In this document: positions 12,684 to 26,905 of the stretch, piece after piece | Layout of the letters: the number at the start of each line of letters is the position of its first letter | Numbering within the stretch: the stretch's first letter is position 1 | Origin: Octopus bimaculoides | Lineage: Eukaryota | Direction of reading: 5' to 3' | Assembly: GCF_001194135.2 (NCBI RefSeq) | Contig: NC_068985.1 | Span: 108,207,457-108,271,456 of the forward strand | DNA length: 64,000 nt | The notes under the pieces: model-generated | What the model was told of the DNA's origin: nothing | What the model saw: only the letters and a program-made list of their open reading frames with translations | Database searches by the model: none | Position numbers and translations under genes: made by a program

Positions 12684-15600
12684 CACTCTAATGAATGAAA
12701 TTGTTACTGAGAATTTAGAAGTGATTTTGAAATTTATATATAGATTTACAGATGTTATAATTCATATGATGTCATTAAAATGAACGTCTCTTGTCATATT
12801 AACTTACAGAAAATTATTTAATACGTGAAAAAAGCTTTAGACTCTCGCGTGTTTCTGGTCGGAAGTTACGTCTGTGTATGCATTGTTTTTACCCCAGCTT
12901 CGTTAAAATCATGTCAGCAATCAAGGATACAAAAGTGGCGTTGAGTTATTCGGAGCTTGCATCGGTCGGTTGAATGTGTGGTACGAAACCAAACAAAGAA
13001 TCGTCAACGTGTAGGATTTGATAGCCCGCGCGGAGCAGTTGCAACTGCAACAGAGTATCATCAGCAGCAGCAGCTGCATCAGCAACAGGACAACAACAAC
13101 AGTTGCTGGAATTTATGTTGAAGAAGTGTGAAAATACTTTAGGTTTAGAAGTAATACATTTCTAAATTTCGCAGAGAGATTTATGCAGTAGTGATACGTT
13201 GAAGTAGTTGTATGCTGTCAACCTAATGTGACAGTCCCATGAAGGGAATAATACTACTGTTGTTTAGACCTAGGAAGTTGCACCGCTTCTTGCCGGCCTT
13301 GACGCATTTCCTGTATCCTTATGTTTACAAGGAGGAGAGAAGCACATCCACTCAGCTAAGCCTGCATCCAAAGACATGTTTCTGAGTCTCTGCTCGTCAT
13401 CAGTCTGGAGATGTACAGCAGTGTCAGCTGTTCACTATCAGTGAACTAAGGTAACACCTCTTATTTTTCGAGCACCATCCGGAGTATTCGAGCGGTTCCA
13501 AGCAGTGCTATTTTCTGCAAGTGCTCCACCCTTATTGCAGCCTTTATTTGTTCCACATACTTCTCGAGATTTTTGCTCACTGTTCCCAGGGCTCCGACAA
13601 TTATTGGTACTACTACTACCGTTTTCATCGACCCCAACTGCTTAACTTCCCCAGCTAACCTGTCATATCTCTCAACTTTTCTTTCTTCCTTATCGCATAC
13701 CTTGTTGTCAGCTGGGCATGCTTTATCTATGATCCAGCATAATTTGTTTTCGTTCTCAATTAAGACTGGCTTCCTATTCTCTATTTCATGGTCGCACTGA
13801 ATCATAAAATCCCATAGGGTCTTTACATTTCTATTTTCGACGATGCCGTCAGGTTTGTGGTCGTACCAATATTTTGCTTTGTCAGATCTATACTTGTTGC
13901 AAAGTGTCCAATGCACAAGCCTGGCTATATTGTCGTGGTGCCTCTGATATTCCTTCTGGGCTAGTGGCGTACATTGGCTGGTAATATTCCATACGGTTTC
14001 ACCATTTTGTCCACAGATTCCGCCCTTATCACTTTCTGCTGTGTTGTCTATTCTGTATTTTATGTAGTTTGTTCTTAGTGCTTGCTCTTAGGCAGCACAG
14101 ATTAAAGCCTCCGTTTCCGATTTTAAATCACTTTACTCATCCACAGCCATCTTTTTTCTCTATCTGTCTTATCTTCAACATCTCTATGAAATTGACCATG
14201 CATTCTTTTCTTTACCCACCTATTTTCAGTTTCATTCGTTTTCAATTTCTTGTATAGTGCTTTATCTTTGCAATCTTCCATCCTACACAAGCCTGACCTT
14301 CTTACTTCTAGTAATAGCGGTTCCGTGGCATTTTTTACATACTATGCTATGTTTTCTTCTGCTCTAACGCTATGTTCGCATCCAATAAGTCCTCTTCCCC
14401 CTCTTTTTCTTGGTACATACAGTCTGTCTGTGTTACTTTTTGGGTGGAGTGACCCATATCTAGTTAGCAAGTTCCTTGTCTTTCTGACTAAGCTGTTTAG
14501 TTCGTCTACTGTCCTTGCGATTACCCCTGCTCCATATCTAAAGAGTGAAACCTCCTAGGTGTTGATAGCTTCGATCTTATTCCGTCCCTTTAATTTCGAC
14601 TTAAGGATCAGTCTCAGTCTGCGCAAGTACTCCACCTTAAATTTTTCTGTCATTTCTTTCTCCATCAATTTATCCATTTCCAAAATCCTCAAGTACTTAT
14701 AGCCCGTCTCTTCTATCTGTTTCATAACCTCCCATGACGGTATTGTTAGCCCGTTCATACATTTGGTTTTTGCCTCTCTATCTCTTTTGCCTCTCTTTCT
14801 CAGTCCGAACTCCATTCTGATATCAGCACTGAAGGTATACACCGTATCAACGAGGGAACTGATTTGGGCTTCATCTTTACCATAAAATTTGAGGTCATCC
14901 ATGNNNNNNNNNNGGGAACTGATTTGGGCTTCATCTTTACCATAAAATTTGAGGTCATCCATGAATAGCAAATGGTTGACTTTTTGTTGGCGGCTTTTGA
15001 ATACATACCCAGCTTTTGATTTCCTCAGAATCAGTGTCAGTAGTATGAAGTATAGTACAAAGATCAGTGGGGACAGGCAGTCCCCTTGGAAGATGCCCCT
15101 CCTAATTTCTACTGTCCTTAAACTTCTTCCGTATGCTGTCAGGTTCGTCCTCCAATTTGCCATACATTTTCCAAGCAATCGCTCAACATTCTATGCAATC
15201 TCGAATTAGTTCAAACACTCCATAATTCAAGAATGTGGGGCCATATCGTACGCCTTACAATAGTCGATCCATGACATGGCTAAGTTATTTTTCATCCTCT
15301 TGCAGTCTCTGAGTACAGTTTTGTCTATCACGATTTGATCCTTGGTACCTCTGCATTTACGCTTGCAACCCTTCTGCTCATGTGGCAGGACTCCATTTTT
15401 TTCCAGATGTTCGTACATTGCCTCTATGAGTATTCCTGTCGATATCTTCCGCGTAAGTGGCAAACAGGATATCGGCCTGTAATTGTCTACCGTATTGCCT
15501 TTTTCGATGTTTTTCAGGCACAGCACTGTCCTACCCAATGTCAACCACTCTGGTGTTACTTGGTCGGCATTTAACAAGGTGTTGCGTTGCGCAGCTATTC

Positions 15601-16721
15601 GTGCATGACATTCACCAATTCTTTTGATCCAGTAGCCTCGAACTCCATCTGGTCCCAGAGACTTCCAGTTGCTCATTTTTCTGCTGATTTCCTTTACTTC
15701 CCTAACTGAAATGACTAGTTTTGCCTGTTTCGGACAGACTGCTATTTGTTTCAGTTCTTGCAACCATTCAGCATCCTTCTTGTGCTCCGTGTCTTTGCTC
15801 CAGATGTCACTCCGAACCCTTTGACTTTCAATGTTATCTAGTATCAACTTTTCATCTCTACACTCTCCATTTATTTCTTTATAGAATCTCTTCTAATCTT
15901 CTCTGAATAACCTATTCTGGTGGTATCCCTTCATTCTTTGGCCGTATCTCACCATATTTGCTTTCTTTGCAACGAGGCACTGTTTCAGTTCCTCCATTAC
16001 TACTTTCAGGCCCTTTCTTTCAATAGTATACTTCGTTTTCAGTGCCCTGTATTTTTGCTCGCTTTTAAGCTCCCCTTTCTCTTTTCGGTCTAACACAGAG
16101 ATTTTTTTCGAAAGCATATCTAACCCTGCCCGGATTCTTCTGTTCCACCATGGATCTTTTCTTCTGTCACTCCTATTATGTTTCTTTTTCTTGACAACGC
16201 CACCCACATTTTCTGCTACAACAATACTTGCTGCCTTGATCAAATTATTTGGTTCTGTGATGTTGTTTGTTCTAATATATTTCAGAATTTCATTGACATT
16301 TTTTGTTTCTTGGTTCAATTTCCATCGATCAACCTTTTTAAGGTTGCAAATAATGTCCATATCGTTCTCCAGTAGTCTTACCTTTATTCTATCGTAGATT
16401 GCCTTTTGTTCATCTGTCATATCGCTATTACTTTTATTGTCTTCTTTTAGATCATCTATATGTCTTTCATCAAGTAAGCTAACACTGCTCCTTCCTGTGC
16501 TATGAGATTACTCTTATTAATAAGAACTGTATTTTCATTGTTATCTCTGCTGCTATTTTCCATGACCCATCTTTTGATAGCTTCGAGCTCTACTTCTGTG
16601 AACCAGCAATTTTTTCTTATTGCTCTAATTTGATCACATAGTGAGTTGAAACAATCCCCTTTTTCTCCAATGATCATACATACGTTGTCAGTAACCCCTA
16701 ATTTGAGCACCATTTTCTTTA

Positions 16722-16791
<70 letters not shown>

Positions 16792-17135
16792 NNNNNNNNN
16801 NNNNNNNNNNNNNNNNNNNNNNNNNNNNNNNNNNNNNNNNNNNNNNNNNNNNNNNNNNNNNNNNNNNNNNNNNNNNNNNNNNGAGACCTCAAGAGACAAG
16901 TTAGAAGTTCATGTAGGTGTTATGCCTAGGGTACCATATATTTGGATTTGTACAGTTTTGTTCCAGTGAATGTTTAAGAAGCCATAAGAAAATTATGTGT
17001 TTGTTTTAAAATTTGAGATCACATAGACAGTATTTTACGTAGGATATGGGCAGTTCCCATGAGCACTATCTTTTGAACTTCAGCCATTTTGGGGTTTCCT
17101 GGTATCTGAGCTAGGTAGTAATCAGCCCGTTTCGC

Positions 17136-17187
<52 letters not shown>

Positions 17188-18829
17188 GAGTGAGAGAGCA
17201 TTGCATACCATCAAAGTGACACTGAGGTACAAATATATGGAGCCCGACATACTCATCATGATTACCCGTCTGATAAGAGTACATCAAGCACATGCATCAC
17301 AACTATATGTGCGCGACATGGTGATCTCATATCGAGATAGACAGTGTATGACATAGGTGGGGGCCTAGTTAGAAATTTTTTTTAGGTCGAGTAGTCCACC
17401 CCGCTCAAAAGGTCTCTGAATAAGCAAATAAATAAAAACAAGATTCCATCATTTTTAAACGCTATCTGGACAAATAACTTCAAAGGATGCGAGACAAGCC
17501 ACCCATACATGGATACATCTCAGTTAACAATAACTCCGTATTTAAAAGTGGCTTCAAAATTATCTGTCAGATTGCCTGGGGTTATTTTGACCGAATTTAT
17601 CATAATTTATACCATAATTTATCAAAGTAAGTTTATATCAAATGTAAATATAATTATGTTAACGTATGTCTAAAAGACAATTAATAAAGTTAAAACATTT
17701 TTTTGTTTTCAGAATTACCAACATTATGATGTAGTTCTCTTTTGCTTTATTAACTCATTTCTATTTGAAATTTCTCTAAAATTTATTCCTGTCAAATTTT
17801 TACAGTATAGTCGTTAAAAACTCATAGGACTGTTTTATCTGTATCATGAAATTGTCAAGCTATTAAAACTTCGATTTTTGTACAACTTGTTCCAACTAGC
17901 AGCAGATCACGTTAGCAGTTCCAGATTAAATAGTTCAGGAAGTTGGATGTTGTACACAATCTTAAAAGGCTTCTTATCATGCGACTTAATTGTACTTTGT
18001 TGATGACCAGAATAATCATTTTGCCATCTTTTCACATATTCTCCGCGGAACCTCGATATTAGGTTTCCCCACTGAGTAGGTGGTAGAATGCTGAGGGTAC
18101 TTTGCATCATTTCAGATGCCAAGCACCCATTTGCGGTCTATGTGCTATTAATAAGTTTAAGTATTTAGTTAAAAAAATGAGGAAAAGTTTTAAAGAAAAT
18201 ATCTACATACCTTGTTTACGCGTATCTAAAAAAGTAATAAAAATTATACATAGTTATGTAAGTATCAAAATATATAAATATTTATGATAGCGTATAATAA
18301 TTAAAATGTAGAGGATGTACCACAAACATTGCCCAGACAACCTTAACATCAAATTTATTCTAAGTTGGGACCTCGTGCCATACGCCCTTTACACATTTCA
18401 AGCTTATAACACATAAATACATAAATAATTTTCCTTAACAGACACTTCTCTAATTAACATTATTCTAAGACAAATCAAAGAAACAAAATAGAGTCTATCA
18501 CCTTTAAACGCTATCTGTACAAATATCTTCAAAGAATGCGAGACAAGCCACACATACATGGATACATCTCAGTTAACAATAACTCCGTATTTGAATGGGT
18601 CATGATTCCACTAAAAGTGACTTCAAACTTATATGATTGCTTGGGGGCAATTTTGACCGAAACATACTATAATTTATCAAAGTTTATACCAAATGTAAAT
18701 ATATTTATGTTAACGTATGTGTTTAGACATACGTTACCACAGTTTGCGGTCTATGTGTTACTAATGAGTTTAAGTATTTAGGACACAAAATGAGGAAATG
18801 ATTTAATATATTTTGAGAGATATTTGCAG

Positions 18830-18899
<70 letters not shown>

Positions 18900-21800
18900 T
18901 GGGGACACGATGAAATTCTAGTGCGGACTGTGTGCTACAACAAAAACAATTACTGCTGACTTTTCTTTTTTCGGTGTTATGACAAAAAGAAAAAAAAAAA
19001 ACAAAGAAAGAACAAAAAACAAAACAAAAAAAAACATGGTGTTGCCAGATATAGCTGTTTAGAATTTTCTGGACAACTGCGTCTTATTCTTCTGCAGAAA
19101 GAGGAATACAATCACTCCATGTTGATTAAATAACCTTTGGAATAAAGTTTGGCCGTCAAGAGATATTACACTATTGCATACATATACACTGAGTGGCTAT
19201 TGAGACACAACTTGTGGGATTTTTTTTCACTCTTTTCCCAAGCCCCAATTTTTGTCTAGAGCTCGGGGTTTTGCAACAAGATGCAAACTATTTGGTTGCA
19301 TCACCGGTAACTTGAGAGGCATGTTCTAAAAAGGATTGGTCATTTGCCCCTACACGGGCTCACTAACTCTTCAGATACTTCAGTATGCCTTAGCTCACTT
19401 TCGGAGGTTTGTAGCAACATCACCTGTATGCGCAGATACACAAGTCGCTTTTGGCTGTTGAAGGATGATGATCTTCAAAACACTCACTATCCTATCATAT
19501 GGCTATGTATGATAAATATTTATTGTGTTTAAAGTTATTGCTGTTTCGAGCGAGGTTTGATCTATTGCATAGAGACAATCCATATGTTAGTTTAAGAATT
19601 ATTAACTGTAGTCATGTAAAATATTAAAAATGTTGATTAAACATATTTTCTTTCATTCAAACGATAAGACTTCGAGATCCCCGAATTGTTTGGAAGTTTA
19701 AATTTTCCAGAAAACCATTGCAGATTTTTCTCTAAAAAATCTTCAGCAGACTTTCAGCCAGGACAAAACAGTCTTCATTCCCATTCAATGGGTCAGAGAT
19801 ACCAGTGTGTCTTTGGTGTGTTCTGATTCATATTTTAGTTTTTACTTGTTTCACTCATAAGATTTTGGCCATGCTGGAGCGCTGCCTTAAAGAATGCATT
19901 AAAAACATGTTGCTCGATTCTATTTGACAAACGACTAAGTTACGGAGCGTAAAGCAATCAATATCAGTTGTCAAGCTGTGGTAGGGACAAATGCAGACAC
20001 AAAGACACAAACGCGCGCACGCACACGCATCTATCAGTTTCGCTCACAAGGCATTGGCTGGTCCGGAACTATAGTGGAAGACAATAGTTCCAGACTATAT
20101 TGAACTGGAAAACAGATGTTTGTAAAGCGAGTTTGTTAACCAAACAACTAAGCAGGTTGATATATGAAAATTGATAAATAAATCTTTCATAAATTGCAAT
20201 ATTATGAATATAAATAAATGAAATAATTATCTACTTACCATGTATCACTATCGCTGAAAAAGCAAAAACAATAAAAATATTATAGCGATATGAAAATATA
20301 TAAATAATTAGACTCACATACGCTTAAAGAATAACAAATAGAAACCAACACAAACCATATTGTATAGTTAGTTTAGGACTGAAGATCATTGATTATTGCA
20401 GATGGGCCTTCTGATCAAAAGTATTTGATCCTTCCATCAGAAGAGTTAGATTAAGCATCACGAATTAATTAAGCATTCTTTAGAACAACGAATGTCCGTC
20501 CAGTATGTGTATGTACTTTCGACACTGTCATTATTGTCTGGCTTAAGTGACGAAGACAATATCACATCGTGTTCCACTATGTATACTTGGGCAATATGCA
20601 CTCGCATTATAATGAAATGTCGTGTGAATTTGACATAAACTTTTGTATTAGCTGTTGTCGTTCTCTGTTTTTATCATCGTAATCATTGCCGTATACGCAC
20701 ACGCACAAACGCGTATGTATAATATCAGGTCATCCCATAAGTTCTGTCCGAATTTTGAATAAAGAAAACAAGTGATCAAATGTTATATTTAATTGAAATT
20801 GAATCATCAATGTACTTTCCCTGATTATCTATGACTTCTTTCCATCTATTTACAAGCTTTTTAATCCCTTCATTGTAAAACTCTTTTGATTTCAAAGCGA
20901 AGAACTCCTTTCCAAGTTGTTGAAGATGACGATGAACAGTTGTATGGTTTGAACTAAGCTTTATTGCCAATTCTTCAACTAATAACGCAGGATTTTCTTC
21001 AAGTAATGCCTCAAAGAGCTTATCATCAAACTCAACTGGACGTCTTGTTCGATCTTCATCTTCAAGGCAGAAATCTCCACTTATGAATTTTGCAAATCAT
21101 CTTCTGCAAGTTCTTTCATTCAAGCATTCTATCCCATAAACTGAGCGTATGTTTCGAGTCGCTTCGGCTGCAGAGTTTTTTTTTGCACTCATAAAGCATT
21201 ATGTGTCTTAAATGCTCTTTGGATACTTCAATGTTAGAAAGGGTTTTAGTCAAAGAAATTTAAATTCTATTATTCTGTAAAATAATATTTAATTAGTTTA
21301 AATGCACACAAATGCATAGAAATAATTTTTAATTCCATTAGACATTCTAAAATACTATTAAAAAAAAGGTAAAATCGGAGAGAACTTATGGGATGACCTG
21401 ATACTTCTATTGAATAGCACAGGGTGAAATCTGAAGGTGGACGAGCTTTATGCTGTATTCTACTACGTTCTTATCAGAATATATCATAACTTTTTCACTC
21501 CTTTTCAAAGACCCAACTGTTATCTGGAGATCGGTGCTCTACAACGAGACACAAGCTACTTAACTTCGTCATCATTATCCTGAGATGAATTTTTTGGAAA
21601 GGATTGTCTGTTCATTCGCCCCGACGCATACCCACATTTTGTTATTCAGTTAGTTCAGCACGCGTTAACTCGATTTCAGAGGCTTGTAGCAACATCATGT
21701 GCATGCGCAGATGACGCACTCGTCGTGGTGCATTTCTACATCAGCTGAGAAGAGAACGGGGGATTTCCCAATGCTGTGACCCGTGGCGTTATGATGCTGT

Positions 21801-24800
21801 TGAGAAAAGACCCGAACAAGTAGGACCAAATATTGGGCCCATAACTCATTACATTTTTGCCTGGCTTGCCACCTTCTTTTTTTGCACATGTAAAATATTA
21901 AAATGTATTTTACTTAATTATTAATATTTTCTTTTATTCAAACAATAGGACTTCGAGATCCCCTTGAAAGTTTAACAAATTCCAGAAAACCATTGCAAAT
22001 CTTTCACTAAAAGATCTTCAGCTGTCTTTCAGCCAAGACAAGAGAATCTTCATTCCTATTCAATGGGCCATAGATACAAATGTGTCTTTGGCATATGCTG
22101 ATTCATATTTTGGCTTTTACTTGTTTTCTCATAGAATTCCGGCCGTACTGGAGCACTGCCTTAAAAGATGAATTAAATACAAATTGATCCCATTGATTAT
22201 TCTAAAGTCTACTACTTATTCTATCGACCATTTTGCCAAACGACTAAGTTACAGGGACGTAAAGAAAACGATATTGGTTGTCAAGCTGTGGTGGGGACAA
22301 ATGCATTAAGACTGAACCCGAAAACAGGTTCAGTCTCACGACACGGGTGCAAAGCGAGCTTGTTAATCACATAACCAAACTTGTTTACTTATAAATTTTG
22401 ATGAATATGACTTTTATTAAATGCAGTATTGTGAATTTAAATATATTATGAAATAATTATCTACTTACCTTGATTCACAAATCCTGAAAAAGTAATAAAC
22501 ATATTATAGGGATATGAAAATAAGAAAATATAAATAATTATGTTCAAATATATTTGAAGAATAATCACTACATATAAACAATATTGTATAGTTGGTTTAG
22601 GATTAAAGATCCCTGATTATTGCAGATGAACCTTCTGATCAACTATATCTAATCCTTCTACCAGAAGAGAGAGATTAGGCATTACATATTACTCAGCCAT
22701 TCTTTTAAGAATGAAAGCCCGTCGAGTACGTGTATGTACTTCAAACTTACTTCAAACTGGAACTTATTTCGACGGTGCTATATTGTCTGATTTTAGTTAC
22801 AAAGCCAATATTACACGATATTCCACTAAAAAATTATACCTACATGAGTATTGAAAGAAATATCGTGTGAATTTGACAAATTCGACAAAGTTTTTGCAGA
22901 TATTTCGACCACGTAGAGGTTTGTTTTTTGGCTTGTGTTTCCTCTAAATATTTGTTGTCATCGATCTTTGCTGTCATTCATTCCGAAGGCACCAATCTCA
23001 TCCCCTAAGGCATCAATCCCATGCAAAACATCAATCCTGCATAAGAAGTTTTGAAGTTTCAATGGCATTGCGCCCAGCGCTCCGATCACCACTGGCATCA
23101 CTTTTACATTACTCTCTCGCATTCCGTACAGTCTTGCAATTTCCACTTTCAATTCGGAGTACTTGGTGATTTTTTCAACCTCTTTACTCACAACATTTAT
23201 GTCATTTGGTATGGCTACATCAATGATCTGACAGTATTTGTCTCTCTTATTCAATAAGACAATATTCGGCCGACGGTGTTCGATTACACGATCCGTCTGA
23301 AAATCATAGTCCCAGAGTATCGTTACTTTTCCATCCTCCTGCATAACTTTACTTGGTACATGCTCATACCAGTTCTCTGTTACTTCATATTGATATCTAC
23401 GGTATTTTCATTCTTACTGGGTTACTTGAGTGTATAGCTGACACTGGAGAAATTCTCGACTTCGACCACGGTGTTGCTTCAGTCACCTCTTTCAGTGGAC
23501 TTTAAAGAATTATGAATAATTACCGAAAGTCCTTGGCCCAGAATGCCTCATTTTAGTCGATAGCAGCCTTAACTATGCAAAGTATGCGTAGTGTTATGGA
23601 CTCGTTTTTACCGTTTACTTCAGTTTCCGTACATTGCTGATTTGTGGGTTTGTGTAAAAAGTTTGTTACCATATGTAAGACGGATCTGGCTATCAGCCGA
23701 GTCTATAGTGTAAACTTCATCTAATATCTCCATCGGCTCGATAGAATAAGTCCCATTAATACAATGGAGTTAGTTGGATTTCCTATACCACTTCCCTATA
23801 AAAACTGGTCTTGTGCTTCATGGCTACAACTAAAAATAAATGCAAAAAAAAAATATATAGACGAGCAAGCAAAAATCTTAGCTACAAACGTAAAAGAAAA
23901 TAAGTTGTCTGATTTAAAGATGACTTGAATTGATTTATGAATGAAAGAGATAATATAGTATTGGTGTTTCAAGCAATCCAAATTTGAACATACTTACGTG
24001 AAGGAAGGTATTCTGCAAAGGAAGAGAAATATGAAAATTGAACAAATGATTAATCTCAAAATATAATTTATGGTATGAAATAATAAAACATAAAGAAAAA
24101 TGTACCAGAAGAGAAAGCGGTTTCATCATTTTTTAAGCACTTACATAGATAATGTTATGAGAATGTATTTTTCTTAATTGTAATATTGTAATAATTAAGT
24201 TTTAGTTATCTTTGGATTGAAAATGTTTAGCCCATTGGTTGGTTGTGAACCAGTGAAGTCACCATATATATAGTCACCAATTAATCTCAAAGAAAAAAGT
24301 GTTGCCTTAGAGTTACCTCCTCTTTGCTTCCCTCGGCTCAGAGAAATTACTACCTTAGACGAGAAGATACTTGCATTTGGGGGAGAAACAATGCTAGATT
24401 GTTCTGGAAGTGCCTTAGAGTATAAAAGACAGTGGCTGAAAAGTGAGGGACGACTTTGGATTATATAGCTTTCAAATCTATGCTCGCTGCCAAGACCATT
24501 CGTCAACCGTCATCTTCGGCATTGAAATCTCTGTGATCGAGAACCTACATCTTCATTCAATACTTCTTGGACTTATGACTCTGGTGATTATTTTACTTTG
24601 TCCAGTATTTGACTATCGATCCAATTATTTTGCATCAAGTCTGTACTGCCATCATTGTAAACTTTATCATGTTTTTCAATACATAACTGAATTGTATAGA
24701 CCTGTTTGCTTTCCTTGCTGGTTTCGATTGCGGACTTTTCAATAAAAATTTTTCCTTATTTTGGGTGTACAGCATGTTACATACTAGGATAGCGATTATT

Positions 24801-26314
24801 CTGAAAATGTTTGCTGGATCAGTCTAAAATACGATTAATGTAGTATTATGTATTTTTAGAATATACTACGTAATTAGTCTTTCCTACATTGCACAGTAAG
24901 TATAATTCAGTTATATCTTACCATCAACTATATTTCTTTTCCACATCAGAGAAATTTTATTAAGAATGGTCATAAAAAAATAGGGGAGAAATAAAGAAAT
25001 TGTGAAGGAGGATTTATGAATCTAACATTATTGAAAATCATCATATTTTTTTATTCCAATACTATTAAGTCGCTTATCTCTCAACCGTTAGTCAGAGTTT
25101 ATTGCTGTCAATGTTTGATACGATGAACATAAATTTGGTGAGGTAGATCAATGAGATGTGGACAGAGTGGTTACGTATTGTAGAGAAGCAACCTGCTGTT
25201 TGTAACAACGATCCCTTGAGCTGGTTTAAGCTACCATGCCTATCTATTTGGTAGCTTTCTTCAGTTACATATTTACATATTTTGGTAGATTTCTTCAGTT
25301 ACGTATTTAAAACCCAGACACAATGTGATAATATCTATGATCTCTGCTTATGACTTTCAACAAAATTTCATAGATGAACCAAGGGAGCATTCAAAGGAGA
25401 CCTTATGACAACCATATCCTCAGCGTAGTGAAGAACAGTGGTACACTGCTGTGATTGTAGCTATGGTGAGATTTATTGATAATACTTTAATCGTTACTAT
25501 AAATAGCTTAAAGTATATAAACGATAATGTAATTTTCTAGATATTATATATGAGTAAATTTATGTTTTTTATATTCTGAAATATGTTTCGGAAATTTCGT
25601 GTTATCTTATGTATTTATTACTAATTTTAAAAGTTTAAAAGCAGAATATTGGATAATTTATCAAACATGTCACATAAAAAGTTTCATCGTATTTTATGAA
25701 TTAACCGACGCATTTACAAAAACAAAAAAAAAACCCAAAACAAGACAAAAACAAAACAAAACATAAAACCCCAAAACTCGTCATTTTTCAATAAAGTTTC
25801 ATAAAATTCTATACATTTTATCCGTAATTTCTACAGGTTGTATTTAAGCGAAAATATTACATATAGAACGAAATCTAGGATAGTAGTGCTAAACTTTTTA
25901 CATTAATCATTGCAGATCTGTACGTTTGATACCTAGCTGTAGAGCATGGCAATCATGGATACATTTAGATAAATAATAACATATAATTTTAGATTTTATA
26001 ATTTAAACAACCATAACAAATTCATTTCAACAAGACGTATATGGTAAAGTCATCTCAGTTTAAATATTTCGTTATCATGACCTCAGGAGCTTGTCATTAA
26101 AGTGGTATGAATGATAAAATTACCTTCTTCAAACAGTTCTTCATTCACTTTGTATTTAGTGACAACCATTGATGTTAATGGAGTTACGAAATTATACTGT
26201 GAAAAACAAGAATATTAGTTTTAGGACAACAGTAGTATTAATAAGGAAACTATACATGAAATATTTCCATCATCGACATTACATTTCTTACGTTTAGATT
26301 GCTTATCATTATTA

Positions 26315-26374
<60 letters not shown>

Positions 26375-26709
26375 GAGTAATCAAGAAAATGTAATACTAC
26401 ATGGTGGAAAGGTGAGCTGATTAGGGTTGATTAATCTTTTCATCATCGATATTTCATCCCTTAAGTTTTCGTAGACGTTATTTTTAGATAGCTTCAAGAG
26501 TTGTAAAAATAGGCAAAATTGTAATCGATTGAATGTAATACATTATTTACTTGCATTCATATTTGTTCTAAATCCATTTCTTACGATGTCCAAATTCGCA
26601 TTTTGTTTTTCTGAGAATCTTTATGTAATAATAACCGAAAGAAATGTTGGTGGATTGATCGGTTGAATGATTTGTCTAGTCACGCTTTACATGGTGTATA
26701 GAGAACGGA

Positions 26710-26807
<98 letters not shown>

Positions 26808-26864
26808 NNNNNNNNNNNNNNNNNNNNNNNNNNNNNNNNNNNNNNNNNNNNNNNNNNNNNNNNN

Positions 26865-26905
<41 letters not shown>

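Larger units (their letters stand above)
19390..22900. repeat. tandem duplicated intron units (~19390-20700 and ~21670-22900), each carrying a 15-nt micro-exon
   Basis: Shared blocks such as gacttcgagatccc, gaaaaccattgca, aaataattatctacttacc and a degenerate SINE; a mariner relic lies between them. Confidence 0.85.

Noticed and set aside
13035-13112. Glutamine-rich coding exon
   Set aside because: Short degenerate CAG/CAA repeat near a LINE 3' end, with no supporting exon context.
14854-14963. Duplicated MDDLK RT motif
   Set aside because: The same 50 bp lies on both sides of a 10-N gap; assembly artefact.
24922-24927. 6-nt micro-exon that would encode V-D-G, as in ITIH VDGDPH
   Set aside because: The donor is good (ATG|gtaaga), but the acceptor lies in purine-rich sequence with no adjacent polypyrimidine tract.
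25175-25192. 18-nt micro-exon candidate GTTGCTTCTCTACAATAC
   Set aside because: Weak donor (gtaacc) and no polypyrimidine tract.
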